A stretch of DNA of 64,000 nucleotides from an uncultured Poribacteria bacterium (lineage in GTDB: Bacteria; Poribacteria; WGA-4E; WGA-3G), in contig OX638351.1 of the NCBI GenBank assembly GCA_951813565.1, positions 2,336,001 through 2,400,000 on the forward strand, written 5' to 3'. How positions within the stretch are numbered: the first letter of the stretch is position 1; each line of letters opens with the position of its first letter. Under the pieces are notes generated by a model. It made no database searches, had not been told where the DNA came from, and saw only the letters and a list, made by a program, of their open reading frames with translations. A program made the position numbers and the translations under genes. Shown here piece after piece: positions 18,082-28,403 of this stretch.

Positions 18082-18427
18082 TGAGGGGTGTGCATAAATA
18101 ATTCCGATGTTAAATATGTCTTAAAGGTAGTCCGCACACGCCGTGGGTTTCCGTCCACAAGTTCAAAGAGGCGCAGCATGCCACACGGGGAATGCCATAA
18201 GGCATTCGGACCCGGTGAATGACTAAAGACGAATGCGCTTGGTAGAATACGCTTTTGGTATTCTACATGATTCGCCATGATTCATACCGTTGATTTCTTG
18301 ATTTGGCGCATGCTGCGTTGATTTGGCAATGAATTGCGCAACTACAAACGCATTTCTATAAATCAAGCGGCACCTGGCGTCTGTCCCTGTCTGTGTTGAT
18401 GCGCCAAATATTTATGCACACCCCTCA
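18082..18427. mobile_element. MITE with 19-bp perfect TIRs containing a five-deep stack of AATCAA hairpins
   Basis: TGAGGGGTGTGCATAAATA ... TATTTATGCACACCCCTCA; an uninterrupted relative lies at 26314-26421. Confidence 0.8.
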
Positions 18428-18538
18428 TCTATATACGCCCTTTCCTAATCGGGAAATTGCACCTTCCGGTAATACCCACGTTGTTCCTGTGGGGTCATCT
18501 GGCACAACATTAAATGGTGCTGGTTTTGGATTTTGCAT
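18425..18538 (-). pseudogene. 5' remnant of a WD40 paralog truncated at the MITE end
   Basis: AAGGAG RBS, then MQNPKPAPFNVVPDDPTGTTWVLPEGAISRLGKGVYR*; nearly identical to 20395-20488. Confidence 0.8.
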
Positions 18539-18577
18539 TGTGTTACTCCTTTACAAGTTAACACCCAGTGTCTGTTG

Positions 18578-20488
18578 TTAGTCTTGAGAACCGATAAAGG
18601 ACTTCAAATCCCACAGCAGAATTGTGCCATCAAAACTACCACTTGCCAAAAGCGTTCCATCTGGCGAAAAGGCAAGCGACTGCACATCTGTCGTATGTCC
18701 CCAGAAGGTGTGGATATTTTCACCGGTAGCAACATCCCATAAACGGATTGTCGTTTTCTCCATCCCTTTTTGCCACCAAGTTCCAGATGCGAGATACTCG
18801 CCACACGGTGAAAAGGCAAGGGCATACGCCTTTTGGTTATCCTGAGGCTGTGGTATTGTCCGGATCAGTTTCAAGTTTTCAGCACACCACAATCGGATTT
18901 CACCGAACATTCCACCTGCAATTAGGTTGCCACATGGTGAGAATGCTATTGCTGCCCTGTATGTGAGAGGTTTATCCAAAGGAAGTATCGCAATCTGTTC
19001 ACCAGATTCAACGTCCCATAACCGGACTGTTTTATCCCTTGATCCACTCGCAAGTCCTTTGCCATCTGGAGAAAATGCCAACGAACTGATGAGATCGGTG
19101 TGGCCTGTAAGCCGTTCCAATTTTTCCTTTTGTTTGAAATTCCATACACAAATTGTGTCATCTATACCTCTTCCCGCAAACCGATCACCTATTGGAGTAA
19201 ATACTATACACTCTATTGATTCCGTTTGTTGAGCAATTTCAAATTCGGCAATCGGTTCATCGGGTTTGTCAACATCCCACACGTAGACAGTCCGTTGATT
19301 ATTGGAGCGATCTCTATAAGAGGAAACAGCCAAGATGTTACCATCAGGGCGAAAAGCGAACGATTTGATGAACACTTCCTTCATTAAAGTTTTCCGTGCT
19401 TTCTTACTCACAACATCCCATAACACGACACCTCTACCTGAACGTATACATGCGAGTGTCTGTCCATCCGGTGAAAAACGGATCTGTCCCCGAGGGTAAA
19501 CAGATTCACCCAATATTGAGGATTTGTGTATGTTTTTACATTTATCCTTTTTATGCGGAGGGATATCTGCATCTGTGTCGGAGAGAGTTAATAGCGGATA
19601 TCTTTTTATACATGTAGCTTCAATACTTTCTGGATGTAAGTCCAAAACATGTAGCTTTTCACGGCGTTCTACATTCCAGACTTCAATTGTGTCTTGTCGA
19701 TCCTCAATAGCATGTAGTTCACCCTTTAGTGAGAAAAATGGGTTTTTCCTAACTGTCCCAGATTCGCTATATATCATCTTTGGCATATTCTTTCCAAATT
19801 CCCACACATTTAGTGTTTTACCTCCTTTTGTGACACACGCCAACTGACGATTGTCTGGTGAAAAAGCAAAATGTCTTCCCTCAAACTTCATAATCGGTGT
19901 TCCAGTTTCTGATGGCCATACATAAGTATTCCAACCTGCTGTAGCGGCAAGGAGTTTTCTATCAGGCGAAAAATCGAGTCGAGAAATTCCACCCTTGGTT
20001 TCATGTCCACCCCAATCCATCTCCGCGATGCGGACACCGTTTTGGAGATCCAATACTTGAACTATACCCTTAGATTGAGAGGCGGCGGCAATCCAATTGC
20101 TATCTGGAGAAAAGGTAATGTATCTATTTTTCATCCACATTATTTCTGTGATACACTCACCACTCTGAACATCTCGTATCTTAATTCTACCATCCCAATT
20201 GCCAATGGCGATCAGCTTACCATCAGACGAAAAATTGACAGCAGAAATAAGACCACGTTCCGTTTCCCACAAAGCAATGGGTGACCTTGACGACATTTCG
20301 TACCACCAGAGTCCCATAAGAGTGCCAATGACGAAATATGTGCTATCTGGAGAAATTCCTATCTCACTCTCTCTTTTTTGATAATACCCTTTCCCTAATC
20401 GCGCGAGTGTGCCTTCAGGTAATGCCCACGTTGTTCCTGTGGGGTCATCTGGCACAACATTAAATGGCGCTGGTTTTGGATTTTGCAT
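18578..20488 (-). CDS. WD40-repeat protein
   Basis: Canonical GHTDLISSLAFSPDG..LASGSRDKTVRLWD repeats; start placed at MQNPKP by comparison with the paralog remnant. Confidence 0.9.
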   Translation of the reverse strand: MQNPKPAPFNVVPDDPTGTTWALPEGTLARLGKGYYQKRESEIGISPDSTYFVIGTLMGLWWYEMSSRSPIALWETERGLISAVNFSSDGKLIAIGNWDGRIKIRDVQSGECITEIMWMKNRYITFSPDSNWIAAASQSKGIVQVLDLQNGVRIAEMDWGGHETKGGISRLDFSPDRKLLAATAGWNTYVWPSETGTPIMKFEGRHFAFSPDNRQLACVTKGGKTLNVWEFGKNMPKMIYSESGTVRKNPFFSLKGELHAIEDRQDTIEVWNVERREKLHVLDLHPESIEATCIKRYPLLTLSDTDADIPPHKKDKCKNIHKSSILGESVYPRGQIRFSPDGQTLACIRSGRGVVLWDVVSKKARKTLMKEVFIKSFAFRPDGNILAVSSYRDRSNNQRTVYVWDVDKPDEPIAEFEIAQQTESIECIVFTPIGDRFAGRGIDDTICVWNFKQKEKLERLTGHTDLISSLAFSPDGKGLASGSRDKTVRLWDVESGEQIAILPLDKPLTYRAAIAFSPCGNLIAGGMFGEIRLWCAENLKLIRTIPQPQDNQKAYALAFSPCGEYLASGTWWQKGMEKTTIRLWDVATGENIHTFWGHTTDVQSLAFSPDGTLLASGSFDGTILLWDLKSFIGSQD

Positions 20489-20558
20489 TGTATGAAATTC
20501 CTTTTTTATATATCGCTGAGGCACAGAGACTTCGCGCTACGATGGTCTGTGATTATAG

Positions 20559-21797
20559 TTATAGTTCTGCACGCGTCATAAAGGTGGCATAGATGGCAGA
20601 AGTCCGCACCAGATCGGGAATATGCACACGTTCATTTATAGCATGTCCCCCCTCACCCTTCGGTCCGTAACCAATTCCCGGCAAACCAGTGTTCACAAAA
20701 TAGTGTAGGTCCGTAAATCCCGCAGTACTCTTAAATTTCGGTTGATTGAATCGCACAGTCCGCACTGCATCAGCAAAACCTTGTGCCAAAGGAGAATCTA
20801 TATCTGTGATACATGGCTCAATTCGTAAGATTGCTTGCACCTCTGCTTTTAAATCCGGATAGTACTCACATGCCCCTGAAATTGCTTCTCGTAAATCAAG
20901 TTCCGCAAACTCAAGCTTTTCGTTCGGTGTAACCCGCCGATCAATTGAGAACGTGAGATGTGCCGGAACAGTATTGACTTTATCCCCTTCAGTGCCGCGA
21001 AACGTTCCACCAATGTTCATAGTTGGAAAACGTTCACCGCCATCAGGCAGTTTAAATGCGCGTTCCGGGGACTTCAAATCGCGTTTTACCCGTTGCAAGG
21101 CTAATACAAGTTCGGCTGTTTTTTCAAAAGCGTTTATCCCTTTGTCTGGTTGAGACCCGTGTACCGCTTTTCCGTGGACGTCAATTTCCAACCACAGCAC
21201 ACCGTTATGTCCGTTGCCGATGTTCATCTCTGAACCACCCTCACAGTTGACAACATAGTCCGCTTTGACCAATCCCTTCTCAACAATGTATCCTGCTCCT
21301 AACTGCCCGCCAGTTTCCTCATCACAAGTGAACGAGCATTCAATGTTAAACAACGGTTCAATGCCACTTTCCTGAACAGCCTGAATTGCAAATAGAAGTG
21401 CAGCGATGGCATCCTTCATATCATCTGCACCACGCCCGTAAAGCCACTCGCCTTCAATCTTTCCGCTGAACGGATCATCAAAACGCCACTCCCCCGCAAC
21501 TGGCACCACATCGTAATGGGCGTTAAAATGCACTGTCTTTGAAGCACCGACATCCCAACGTGCAATCAGGTTCAAGCGGGGATGGCTTGAGACATTTGAA
21601 ATAACTTGTTCAGCACGTCGTTTTGGAACCTTTACAACATTTGTTTTCATTCCCAACGTGTTGCACTTCGCCTCAAGCAGTGCAACAATCTCAGCATAAT
21701 TCTCACCCGGCGGATTAACAGTAGGAATTCTGACAAGTTCTTGTAGCAACTTACACAACGAATCTTGATTCTCCTTAATATAACTTTGTACGGACAT
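20559..21797 (-). CDS. M20 family metallo-hydrolase (ArgE/DapE-like)
   Basis: NAHYDVVP, GRGADDMK, CDEETGG and C-terminal H-AINE; start chosen at MSVQSY (AGGAG RBS). Confidence 0.9.
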   Translation of the reverse strand: MSVQSYIKENQDSLCKLLQELVRIPTVNPPGENYAEIVALLEAKCNTLGMKTNVVKVPKRRAEQVISNVSSHPRLNLIARWDVGASKTVHFNAHYDVVPVAGEWRFDDPFSGKIEGEWLYGRGADDMKDAIAALLFAIQAVQESGIEPLFNIECSFTCDEETGGQLGAGYIVEKGLVKADYVVNCEGGSEMNIGNGHNGVLWLEIDVHGKAVHGSQPDKGINAFEKTAELVLALQRVKRDLKSPERAFKLPDGGERFPTMNIGGTFRGTEGDKVNTVPAHLTFSIDRRVTPNEKLEFAELDLREAISGACEYYPDLKAEVQAILRIEPCITDIDSPLAQGFADAVRTVRFNQPKFKSTAGFTDLHYFVNTGLPGIGYGPKGEGGHAINERVHIPDLVRTSAIYATFMTRAEL

Positions 21798-21813
21798 ATA
21801 CCATATCTCCTGT

Positions 21814-22227
21814 TTAGGATACAACCGCTTGGTCACCAGCAGACAGATGCCCAACCGTTTCACCGGTCTCCGTGAAGGTACGGGTTACTTCAACAGAGGC
21901 ATAAGTCCACAAAATCTTCATGGGGGCGCCGCTTTCATTCCAAAACCGATGCGGGATACCAGCAGGAACGAACGTTGTGTCGTAGGTATTCATTGTAAAG
22001 ATTTCACCGTCGACTTCGCAGGTGGCTTCACCTTCAAGAATCGTCACAGATTCATCGCAGTTGTGGTAGTGGCGTGCAATCGCTGCACCGGGTTCAAACA
22101 TCGTTATGCCATTGGTAAGTGATGTTGAATCCAGCCACTTACCTGCCAACGGCACTGTTTGGACACCTGTGCCGCGGTCAATAGGGTTCTGTTTATCAAA
22201 ATCAATTACATGTGCTTTTGTGCTCAT
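21814..22227 (-). CDS. Cupin-domain protein
   Basis: HYHNCDE..ILEG and VPAGIPHRFWN. Confidence 0.9.
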   Translation of the reverse strand: MSTKAHVIDFDKQNPIDRGTGVQTVPLAGKWLDSTSLTNGITMFEPGAAIARHYHNCDESVTILEGEATCEVDGEIFTMNTYDTTFVPAGIPHRFWNESGAPMKILWTYASVEVTRTFTETGETVGHLSAGDQAVVS

Positions 22228-22376
22228 ATTGGTAGGTCTCTTTCAGTTTGGATTTGTCATAGTTTCACATAAATACACAATAATTTCAACAAGTAATTGT
22301 GTCGTGAGTATGTTATGTTTTTGACAAAACTGTCCACCTCTTATTGTAGAGGCAATGATTTATGAGATAGGTTATT

Positions 22377-23552
22377 TCATTCACTACAAGTAAGGTGGCG
22401 TACATTTTCAAACCCGCCTATAGCATGCTCTATATCAGAATCTGTGTGCGTTGCCATCACGGTAACGCGCAAACGGCTTGTCCCTGCTGGCACAGCCGGT
22501 GGACGAATTGCAGGCGCAAACACATCCGCTGCAAGTAACGCTTCAGCCACATCTGTTGCGCGTTGCGGTTCTCCTAATATCACCGGCAAAATCTGTGTTT
22601 GGCTCGGTAATAAGGTATACCCTAAATTCGTTAACGCTGCTTTCATGGTTTCTGCATGTTTCAGTAGTTGTCGCCGCAAATTCCGTGAAGTACGCATCAC
22701 ATTGAGCGCAGCATCTGCCGCTGCCAACGTAGCAGGTGGAAGTCCTGTCGTAAAAATGAAACCACGCGCGCGGTTGATGAGTAAATCAATCAACACACGA
22801 CTTCCAGCGACATACCCTCCTAAACCACCAATTGCTTTGCTGAGCGTCCCCATCTGAATAATATTTTGTCCTTCTAATCCAAAATGTGACACAGTACCAC
22901 TCCCATCTTTTCCTAAAACGCCAAATCCGTGTGCGTCATCTATCAGTAGCATCGCATTATAATTCAATGCGGCTTCGTAAATTTCAGGTAGCGGGGCAAT
23001 ATCACCATCCATACTGAAAACACCGTCTGTTACGATAAGTCGCCGCCTAAAACCAGCAGGCTCCGCTAATAAAGTTTTTAGGTGTTCCACATCGCAATGT
23101 CGGTATACCTTTTTGGTAGCACGACTGAGACGGCATCCGTCAATAATGCTTGCATGGTTGAGCGCATCGCTTAAGATGAGGTCACCTTCGCCCACAAGTA
23201 CAGGAATAATACTTGTATTTGCCGCATAACCCGAGCTAAACACAAGTGCTGCTTCAGTTCCCTTTGTTTTCGCGAGATTAGTTTCCAAAGTTGTGTAGTG
23301 TTCAATGTTGCCCGAAAGCAGACGGGAGCCGCTTGCACCAGCACCATATACCATTGCTGCAGAAGCTGCTGCGGAAATAACCCTATGGTGCATGCTTAAC
23401 CCTAAATAGTTGTTTGAGCCGAGGTTCACAACATAGTTTCCATCAAGAGTGATTACATCTGTCGGAGGACTCATCACGGTGCGGAGGTGGCGCACCAACC
23501 CCGCTTCTTCAAGTTCTGCATATTCTGTTTGCATCCAGTCGTGATAGTTCAT
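22377..23552 (-). CDS. bioF: 8-amino-7-oxononanoate synthase
   Basis: SNNYLGL, SGSRLLSG, SDALNHASIIDG, DGVFSMDGD, DDAHG, GTLSKA and IRPPAVP. Confidence 0.9.
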   Translation of the reverse strand: MNYHDWMQTEYAELEEAGLVRHLRTVMSPPTDVITLDGNYVVNLGSNNYLGLSMHHRVISAAASAAMVYGAGASGSRLLSGNIEHYTTLETNLAKTKGTEAALVFSSGYAANTSIIPVLVGEGDLILSDALNHASIIDGCRLSRATKKVYRHCDVEHLKTLLAEPAGFRRRLIVTDGVFSMDGDIAPLPEIYEAALNYNAMLLIDDAHGFGVLGKDGSGTVSHFGLEGQNIIQMGTLSKAIGGLGGYVAGSRVLIDLLINRARGFIFTTGLPPATLAAADAALNVMRTSRNLRRQLLKHAETMKAALTNLGYTLLPSQTQILPVILGEPQRATDVAEALLAADVFAPAIRPPAVPAGTSRLRVTVMATHTDSDIEHAIGGFENVRHLTCSE

Positions 23553-23556
23553 CTCT

Positions 23557-24471
23557 TCACCCGATGAACTGCCTGAGGAAAATATGGCTCTGCCTTAAAG
23601 CGCGTTGCCGTGTTTCCAACGTCTCTTCATAAGCGCGATCCTCAACCTCAACACAGACCGAACCATCATAACCGGTATCGCTCAAGACCGAGAAAAAACT
23701 GCCCCAATTGACATCGCCAAGCCCCGGCAGTTTCGGTGTATGATACGCCAGCGGCGTAGCGAGAATGCCTACCTCATCAAGCTGTTCTCTATCTAAACGT
23801 AAATCCTTTGCATGCACATGGAAAATACGATCAGCAAAGGTAACAAGTGGTTTCAGGTAATCCATCTGCAGCCATATAAAGTGGGACGGGTCGAAATTGA
23901 GTCCGAAATTCTTGGATGGAATTTCCTCAAACATCCGTTCCCAAATCGCTGGAGAATATGCAAGGTTTTGTCCAGCGGGCCATTCGTCTTCAGTGAAAAA
24001 CATCGGACAATTCTCAATGCCGATACGGATGCCATGGTCCGCAGCGAATTGGATGAGCGGTTTCCACACCTGCTTGAACCGTTCCCAATTGTCGTCTATT
24101 GTGCGTGTCTGATCTCTGCCGATGAACGTATTTACAATGTCTATTGACAACCGTTGCGCTGCCAGTATCAGCTGTTTAAGATGTTCGCTATAGATTTTCG
24201 CTTCTGTTTCGTTAGGTGTTAGTGGGTTTGGATAGTAACCTAACCCGCTAATCGTTATCCCCGCATCTGAAACACATTGTAGAATGTCATCTGCTGCTGC
24301 ATCGGAAAGTGCCGTTACGTCAACGTGTGTAACGCCTGCATAACGTCTTTCCGCTTTTCCTTTGGGCCAGCACATCAATTCAACACAATCATAACCGGTA
24401 TCGGCGGCAAATTGGACAACCTCCGCCAATGTTTGGTCAGGCAAAATCGCACTTACAAATCCAAGTTTCAT
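23557..24471 (-). CDS. Sugar phosphate isomerase/epimerase (AP endonuclease 2 TIM barrel)
   Basis: [20 protein letters not shown] and CVEVED. Confidence 0.9.
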   Translation of the reverse strand: MKLGFVSAILPDQTLAEVVQFAADTGYDCVELMCWPKGKAERRYAGVTHVDVTALSDAAADDILQCVSDAGITISGLGYYPNPLTPNETEAKIYSEHLKQLILAAQRLSIDIVNTFIGRDQTRTIDDNWERFKQVWKPLIQFAADHGIRIGIENCPMFFTEDEWPAGQNLAYSPAIWERMFEEIPSKNFGLNFDPSHFIWLQMDYLKPLVTFADRIFHVHAKDLRLDREQLDEVGILATPLAYHTPKLPGLGDVNWGSFFSVLSDTGYDGSVCVEVEDRAYEETLETRQRALRQSHIFLRQFIG

Positions 24472-24619
24472 ACACAACCTCCATGTCGCTTTTCAAACAT
24501 TATACTACGCATCGGACAATTTTTGGAGATATTTTAGAATCTATTTATACACTGAATTTTGTTTCAAAATATAAAAAAATATGATACAATTCACAATATA
24601 AGCCTAAAAGGAGGGAATT

Positions 24620-25435
24620 ATGACTCCTAAACAGCGATACCTATTTGATTTGACAGGTTATATCCACCTGAAAAACGTTCTCAGTGAAGTAGAATTAAAA
24701 AATGCCCAAGATGCTGTTGAACGTTGTGTCCAAACACCAGTAGACGAACTCCCGCCAGGCATTAGTTATGGCGGTGGCGGTTTTTCAAACGGCTTTTCTT
24801 ATGACAAATCGCTTGAGGCACTCACACTTCACCCAAAAACATGGCCCATTGTCCAAGAGTTGACCAGCAACAGGCCGCGTTTTAATCGGGGATCTCTGGT
24901 TGCAAAAGGTCCTGAACATGATCAAGTTATCGGCAAGCTGCACTGTGCTCGTGAAGATTGCGGATGGCAGACGCGGAGATATGTCGCTAAAAATGGGAAA
25001 ATTCACAACAACGACTTTGCAATCTTTTTCTATTTCACCGATGTCTATCCGGGTGATGGCGGATTAGTGGTATTGCCGGGTTCTCACAAAGCAGGTTTTG
25101 AAAGACCAGAAGGGATTTTCTTTCCAGACCCGGAGAATCCCTCTGATGAACTCCATCCTGCTCTCGTAAATGTTACCGCACGTGCAGGCGATGCAATCGT
25201 TATGTCCGAACTACTCACCCATGGCGTTTTAATATGGAAACCGAAGGAAAGGTATCGCCGATTTCGCATTTTGCGTTACAAGACACAGTTTTTTGAAGAT
25301 AATAGAGGACGCAGAGACCCGTTTCCACCTGAAGTGATGGAACGACTTTCCCCTGAAACCCGTGAACTTGCACAACCCGCACATTATACACATATCAAGG
25401 ATATTGTTAAACAGGAACATGTCCAGTTAACCTAA
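24620..25435 (+). CDS. Phytanoyl-CoA dioxygenase (PhyH) family protein
   Basis: YLFDLTGY, LHCARE, DGGLVVLPGSHK and LTHG. Confidence 0.85.
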   Translation: MTPKQRYLFDLTGYIHLKNVLSEVELKNAQDAVERCVQTPVDELPPGISYGGGGFSNGFSYDKSLEALTLHPKTWPIVQELTSNRPRFNRGSLVAKGPEHDQVIGKLHCAREDCGWQTRRYVAKNGKIHNNDFAIFFYFTDVYPGDGGLVVLPGSHKAGFERPEGIFFPDPENPSDELHPALVNVTARAGDAIVMSELLTHGVLIWKPKERYRRFRILRYKTQFFEDNRGRRDPFPPEVMERLSPETRELAQPAHYTHIKDIVKQEHVQLT

Positions 25436-25447
25436 AAGGAACGGAGA

Positions 25448-26287
25448 ATGACACCAGAACAACGCTATTTATTTGACGTTACAGGCTATCTACATATTAA
25501 AAACGCTGTTACGGGGGACGCACTGAAAGCGGCACAAGAGGCTGTTGATAGGTATATTCACATGCCACTTGACGAACGCCCCGAAGGATTTACAACGCGT
25601 CCGCGCGAATTAGAACCAGGCAAAGGCGGTAGATATGAGCACGGATTTGCATTTGACCGATCGCTTGAAGCGATGACGGTGCATCCCGCTATCTGGCCCC
25701 TCGTCAAAGAGTTCACCTTTGATATGCCGAGGTTTGTAACAGGCACACTCACACTTGAACAACACAATCCTGACAGGCAACCGATGGGAACAAATCCTGC
25801 AGGACTGCATTGCGCACGCGAGGGACGCCACTGGCTCACACGATATGAAGTTAAGGATAGCCAAATCTACTGCAATGATTTTGTAGCGTTCTTCTACTTG
25901 ACAGATGTGAATCCTGGCGATGGTGGTCTAATAGTCATTCCGGGGTCGCATAAAAGCCAATTTGAACGCCCTGAAGACCTTCTGACACCTGGACCAGATG
26001 GCATTGATCCTGAACCAGATGACGTTTTTACCAATCTCACGCCAAAAGCAGGCGACTTCCTTGTTATCTCTGAACTCTTGACACACGGTGTTTTGCAGTG
26101 GAGACCGAAAGATCGAGATAGACGATTCCTTATTCTACGGTATCGTCCGCAATATGAAGGTAGGTCCGGACTGCCAGAACCAATCGTCAATCGCTTGTCA
26201 CCAGAGGTACAGGAATTGACAAAAACCGCGTCTTATGGACATATAAAGGAAGTTGTCAAACAGGATGTTGTCCAATTAACGGCATAG
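25448..26287 (+). CDS. PhyH family protein, tandem paralog
   Basis: Same motifs as the preceding gene (LHCARE, GDGGLIVIPGSHK, ELLTHG). Confidence 0.85.
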   Translation: MTPEQRYLFDVTGYLHIKNAVTGDALKAAQEAVDRYIHMPLDERPEGFTTRPRELEPGKGGRYEHGFAFDRSLEAMTVHPAIWPLVKEFTFDMPRFVTGTLTLEQHNPDRQPMGTNPAGLHCAREGRHWLTRYEVKDSQIYCNDFVAFFYLTDVNPGDGGLIVIPGSHKSQFERPEDLLTPGPDGIDPEPDDVFTNLTPKAGDFLVISELLTHGVLQWRPKDRDRRFLILRYRPQYEGRSGLPEPIVNRLSPEVQELTKTASYGHIKEVVKQDVVQLTA

Positions 26288-26313
26288 CAGAAATCAGTAT
26301 GCCAAGTAAAATG

Positions 26314-26421
26314 CGGTGTGCATAAATAAGTTCAACGTCAGATATGTGCTTAAAGGTAGTAGGCACGCTCCGCGTGCCGTAACAAGTTAAAGAGGCGCAA
26401 TGAATTGCGCAACTACAAACG
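26314..26421. repeat. Partial copy of the GGGGTGTGCATAAATA MITE with an uninterrupted REP
   Basis: Collinear with 18085-18350 but lacks the hairpin stack. Confidence 0.7.
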
Positions 26422-26517
26422 CCGTAAATCTTGATAAAAAATGTGTAGGTGTAATCTGTTTGATATTGCACAATACAATTATGAACACTTTTAGGTAAAT
26501 ATGATGGAGGAACTCCG

Positions 26518-27561
26518 ATGGAAACCACACAATACCGTGTCTGTATTGTTGGCTGTGGACGGATGGGCGGTACCATTGATGAAGAGGTGCGAGGAACGCC
26601 CCACGGTGCACTACCGTATTCACATGCTGCTGGTTACACCGCTTTTGAGCGAACAACAATTGTTGCCGGCGCAGATGTGGTTGAAGAAAAAGCAAAATAT
26701 GTCTGCGACAAATGGGACATCCCGAAGTACTATCTTGACTATAAAGAGATGATAGTGCAGGAAAAACCTGATATTATCAGCATCGCCACGCGCCCGGGAA
26801 ACCACGCCGACATCACACAATTTGCCGCAGAAAATGGTATCAAAGGTATCTATTGCGATAAACCGCTCTGTGCCTCTATGGAAGAGGCGGATGCTATGCT
26901 TGAGGTGTGCGAAAAATACAACATCAAATTCAATCTCGGTACACAGAGACGTTTTACACCTGGCTATATCAAGATGCGTGAAATCCTTGAAAGTGGCGAA
27001 TTAGGTGAGCGGCGTTCTATCATCTCCTATACGGGTGGTTCCGCTTTATGGGGCTACACTCACGCCGCCGATCTAATTCTCTTTTTAGCAAGCGATTCGC
27101 CGATAGAATACGTGCAAGGCAACGTCGCTGTTGATGATGCTGACTTTGAGGATAACCGCACCGATGCTGATCCGGGAATTGTGATGGGATTTATCCGTTT
27201 TCAGAATGGAATCAACGGTATCAGTATTCCGGGCACCGCTTATGAATTTGAAGTGAATTGTAGTGAAGGCACAGTCCGTTCCCTCAACAATGGACTCGGT
27301 TTTCAACTTCGCAAACGGCAAGGACAGTTTAATGAAATTTTAGACACGCAATTTCCGCCTTTTGAACGGAAAAGTGGCACTGTAGGGTGCATTGAGGACA
27401 TCGTTGAAGCAATTGACACCGATACTGAGACGCAAGGCAACATTCAACTTGCACATCGTAGCACCGAAATGGTCTTTGCCATCGTTGACTCGCAACGGCA
27501 GAAAGGCATTCGTGTGCCGATACCGATGGAAAACCGAGGACTCTATCTCGGAAGGTGGTAA
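26518..27561 (+). CDS. Gfo/Idh/MocA oxidoreductase
   Basis: IVGCGRMG, PDIISIAT and YCDKPL. Confidence 0.9.
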   Translation: METTQYRVCIVGCGRMGGTIDEEVRGTPHGALPYSHAAGYTAFERTTIVAGADVVEEKAKYVCDKWDIPKYYLDYKEMIVQEKPDIISIATRPGNHADITQFAAENGIKGIYCDKPLCASMEEADAMLEVCEKYNIKFNLGTQRRFTPGYIKMREILESGELGERRSIISYTGGSALWGYTHAADLILFLASDSPIEYVQGNVAVDDADFEDNRTDADPGIVMGFIRFQNGINGISIPGTAYEFEVNCSEGTVRSLNNGLGFQLRKRQGQFNEILDTQFPPFERKSGTVGCIEDIVEAIDTDTETQGNIQLAHRSTEMVFAIVDSQRQKGIRVPIPMENRGLYLGRW

Positions 27562-27565
27562 ACCG

Positions 27566-28375
27566 ATGATTACAAAATTACAAAGCATTTGTGGGAGGGG
27601 TTTAAAACCCCGAAAACTCACAAAGATTTGCGTCATTGTTTTTGGTATACTGTTTCTGCTAATCTATACAACAACTTCACCGAAAGGCGATTCGCACTCG
27701 GAAACCGACCAGACACGTCCAGCAAGCACACGCTATGCACAACGCACCCCAAGCCGAGATGGTATCGGCAAAATCTACATGGGGCGCGAAATATCGCAGG
27801 TCATGGGACATCTCGCTGCGGGATGGTTAGAACGTCCTGAACGTGAACGCGAAGAGATGCCGAATAAACTCATTGAAATGTTAAAACTAAAGGAAGGGGA
27901 TGTTGTCGCAGATATTGGAGTTGGAACAGGTTATATTGCCCGGCGTATCTCACCGAAAATAGGGGAAACAGGGACCATCTACGGTGTAGAAATTCAGCAA
28001 GAGATGCTTGACATCCTTGCTGAAAAGATGGCAGAAGAAGGTATTACCAATATCAAAGGCGTATTAGGCACGATAACCGATCCGAAACTGCCACCGAATT
28101 CGGTTGACCTCGCCATTATGGTGGATGTTTACCATGAATTTTCGCACCCGTATGAGATGATGCAGAATATCTGTCGTGCCCTCAAAGTAGGCGGTAGGGT
28201 GGCTTTTGTAGAATACCGCTTGGAAGATGACAGTGTGCCGATTAAACGCTTGCACAAGATGAGTGAATTGCAGGTGGTGAAAGAGGCGACACCACACCCG
28301 TTGTCTTGGGTAGAGACGCATGATGATCTGCCGTGGCAGCATGTTATCATTTTTGAGAAGGTTGCGGGAGAATAG
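27566..28375 (+). CDS. Class I SAM-dependent methyltransferase with an N-terminal membrane/signal segment
   Basis: YMGREISQVMGH..WLER, VADIGVGTG and MVDVYHEFSHP; start at MITKLQ, after the upstream gene's stop. Confidence 0.85.
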   Translation: MITKLQSICGRGLKPRKLTKICVIVFGILFLLIYTTTSPKGDSHSETDQTRPASTRYAQRTPSRDGIGKIYMGREISQVMGHLAAGWLERPEREREEMPNKLIEMLKLKEGDVVADIGVGTGYIARRISPKIGETGTIYGVEIQQEMLDILAEKMAEEGITNIKGVLGTITDPKLPPNSVDLAIMVDVYHEFSHPYEMMQNICRALKVGGRVAFVEYRLEDDSVPIKRLHKMSELQVVKEATPHPLSWVETHDDLPWQHVIIFEKVAGE

Positions 28376-28403
28376 GTGGGTTTTGCACAAATCATAAAAG
28401 TGC

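Noticed and set aside
18425..20488. Duplicated WD40 5' end as a DGR or shufflon cassette
   Set aside because: The copies are in direct orientation with non-A-specific differences, the remnant has its own RBS, and no recombinase is present; a truncated paralog explains it.
27392..27565. Extended N-terminus of the methyltransferase given in the ORF track
   Set aside because: It overlaps the upstream oxidoreductase by 170 nt; ATG 27566 is more plausible.
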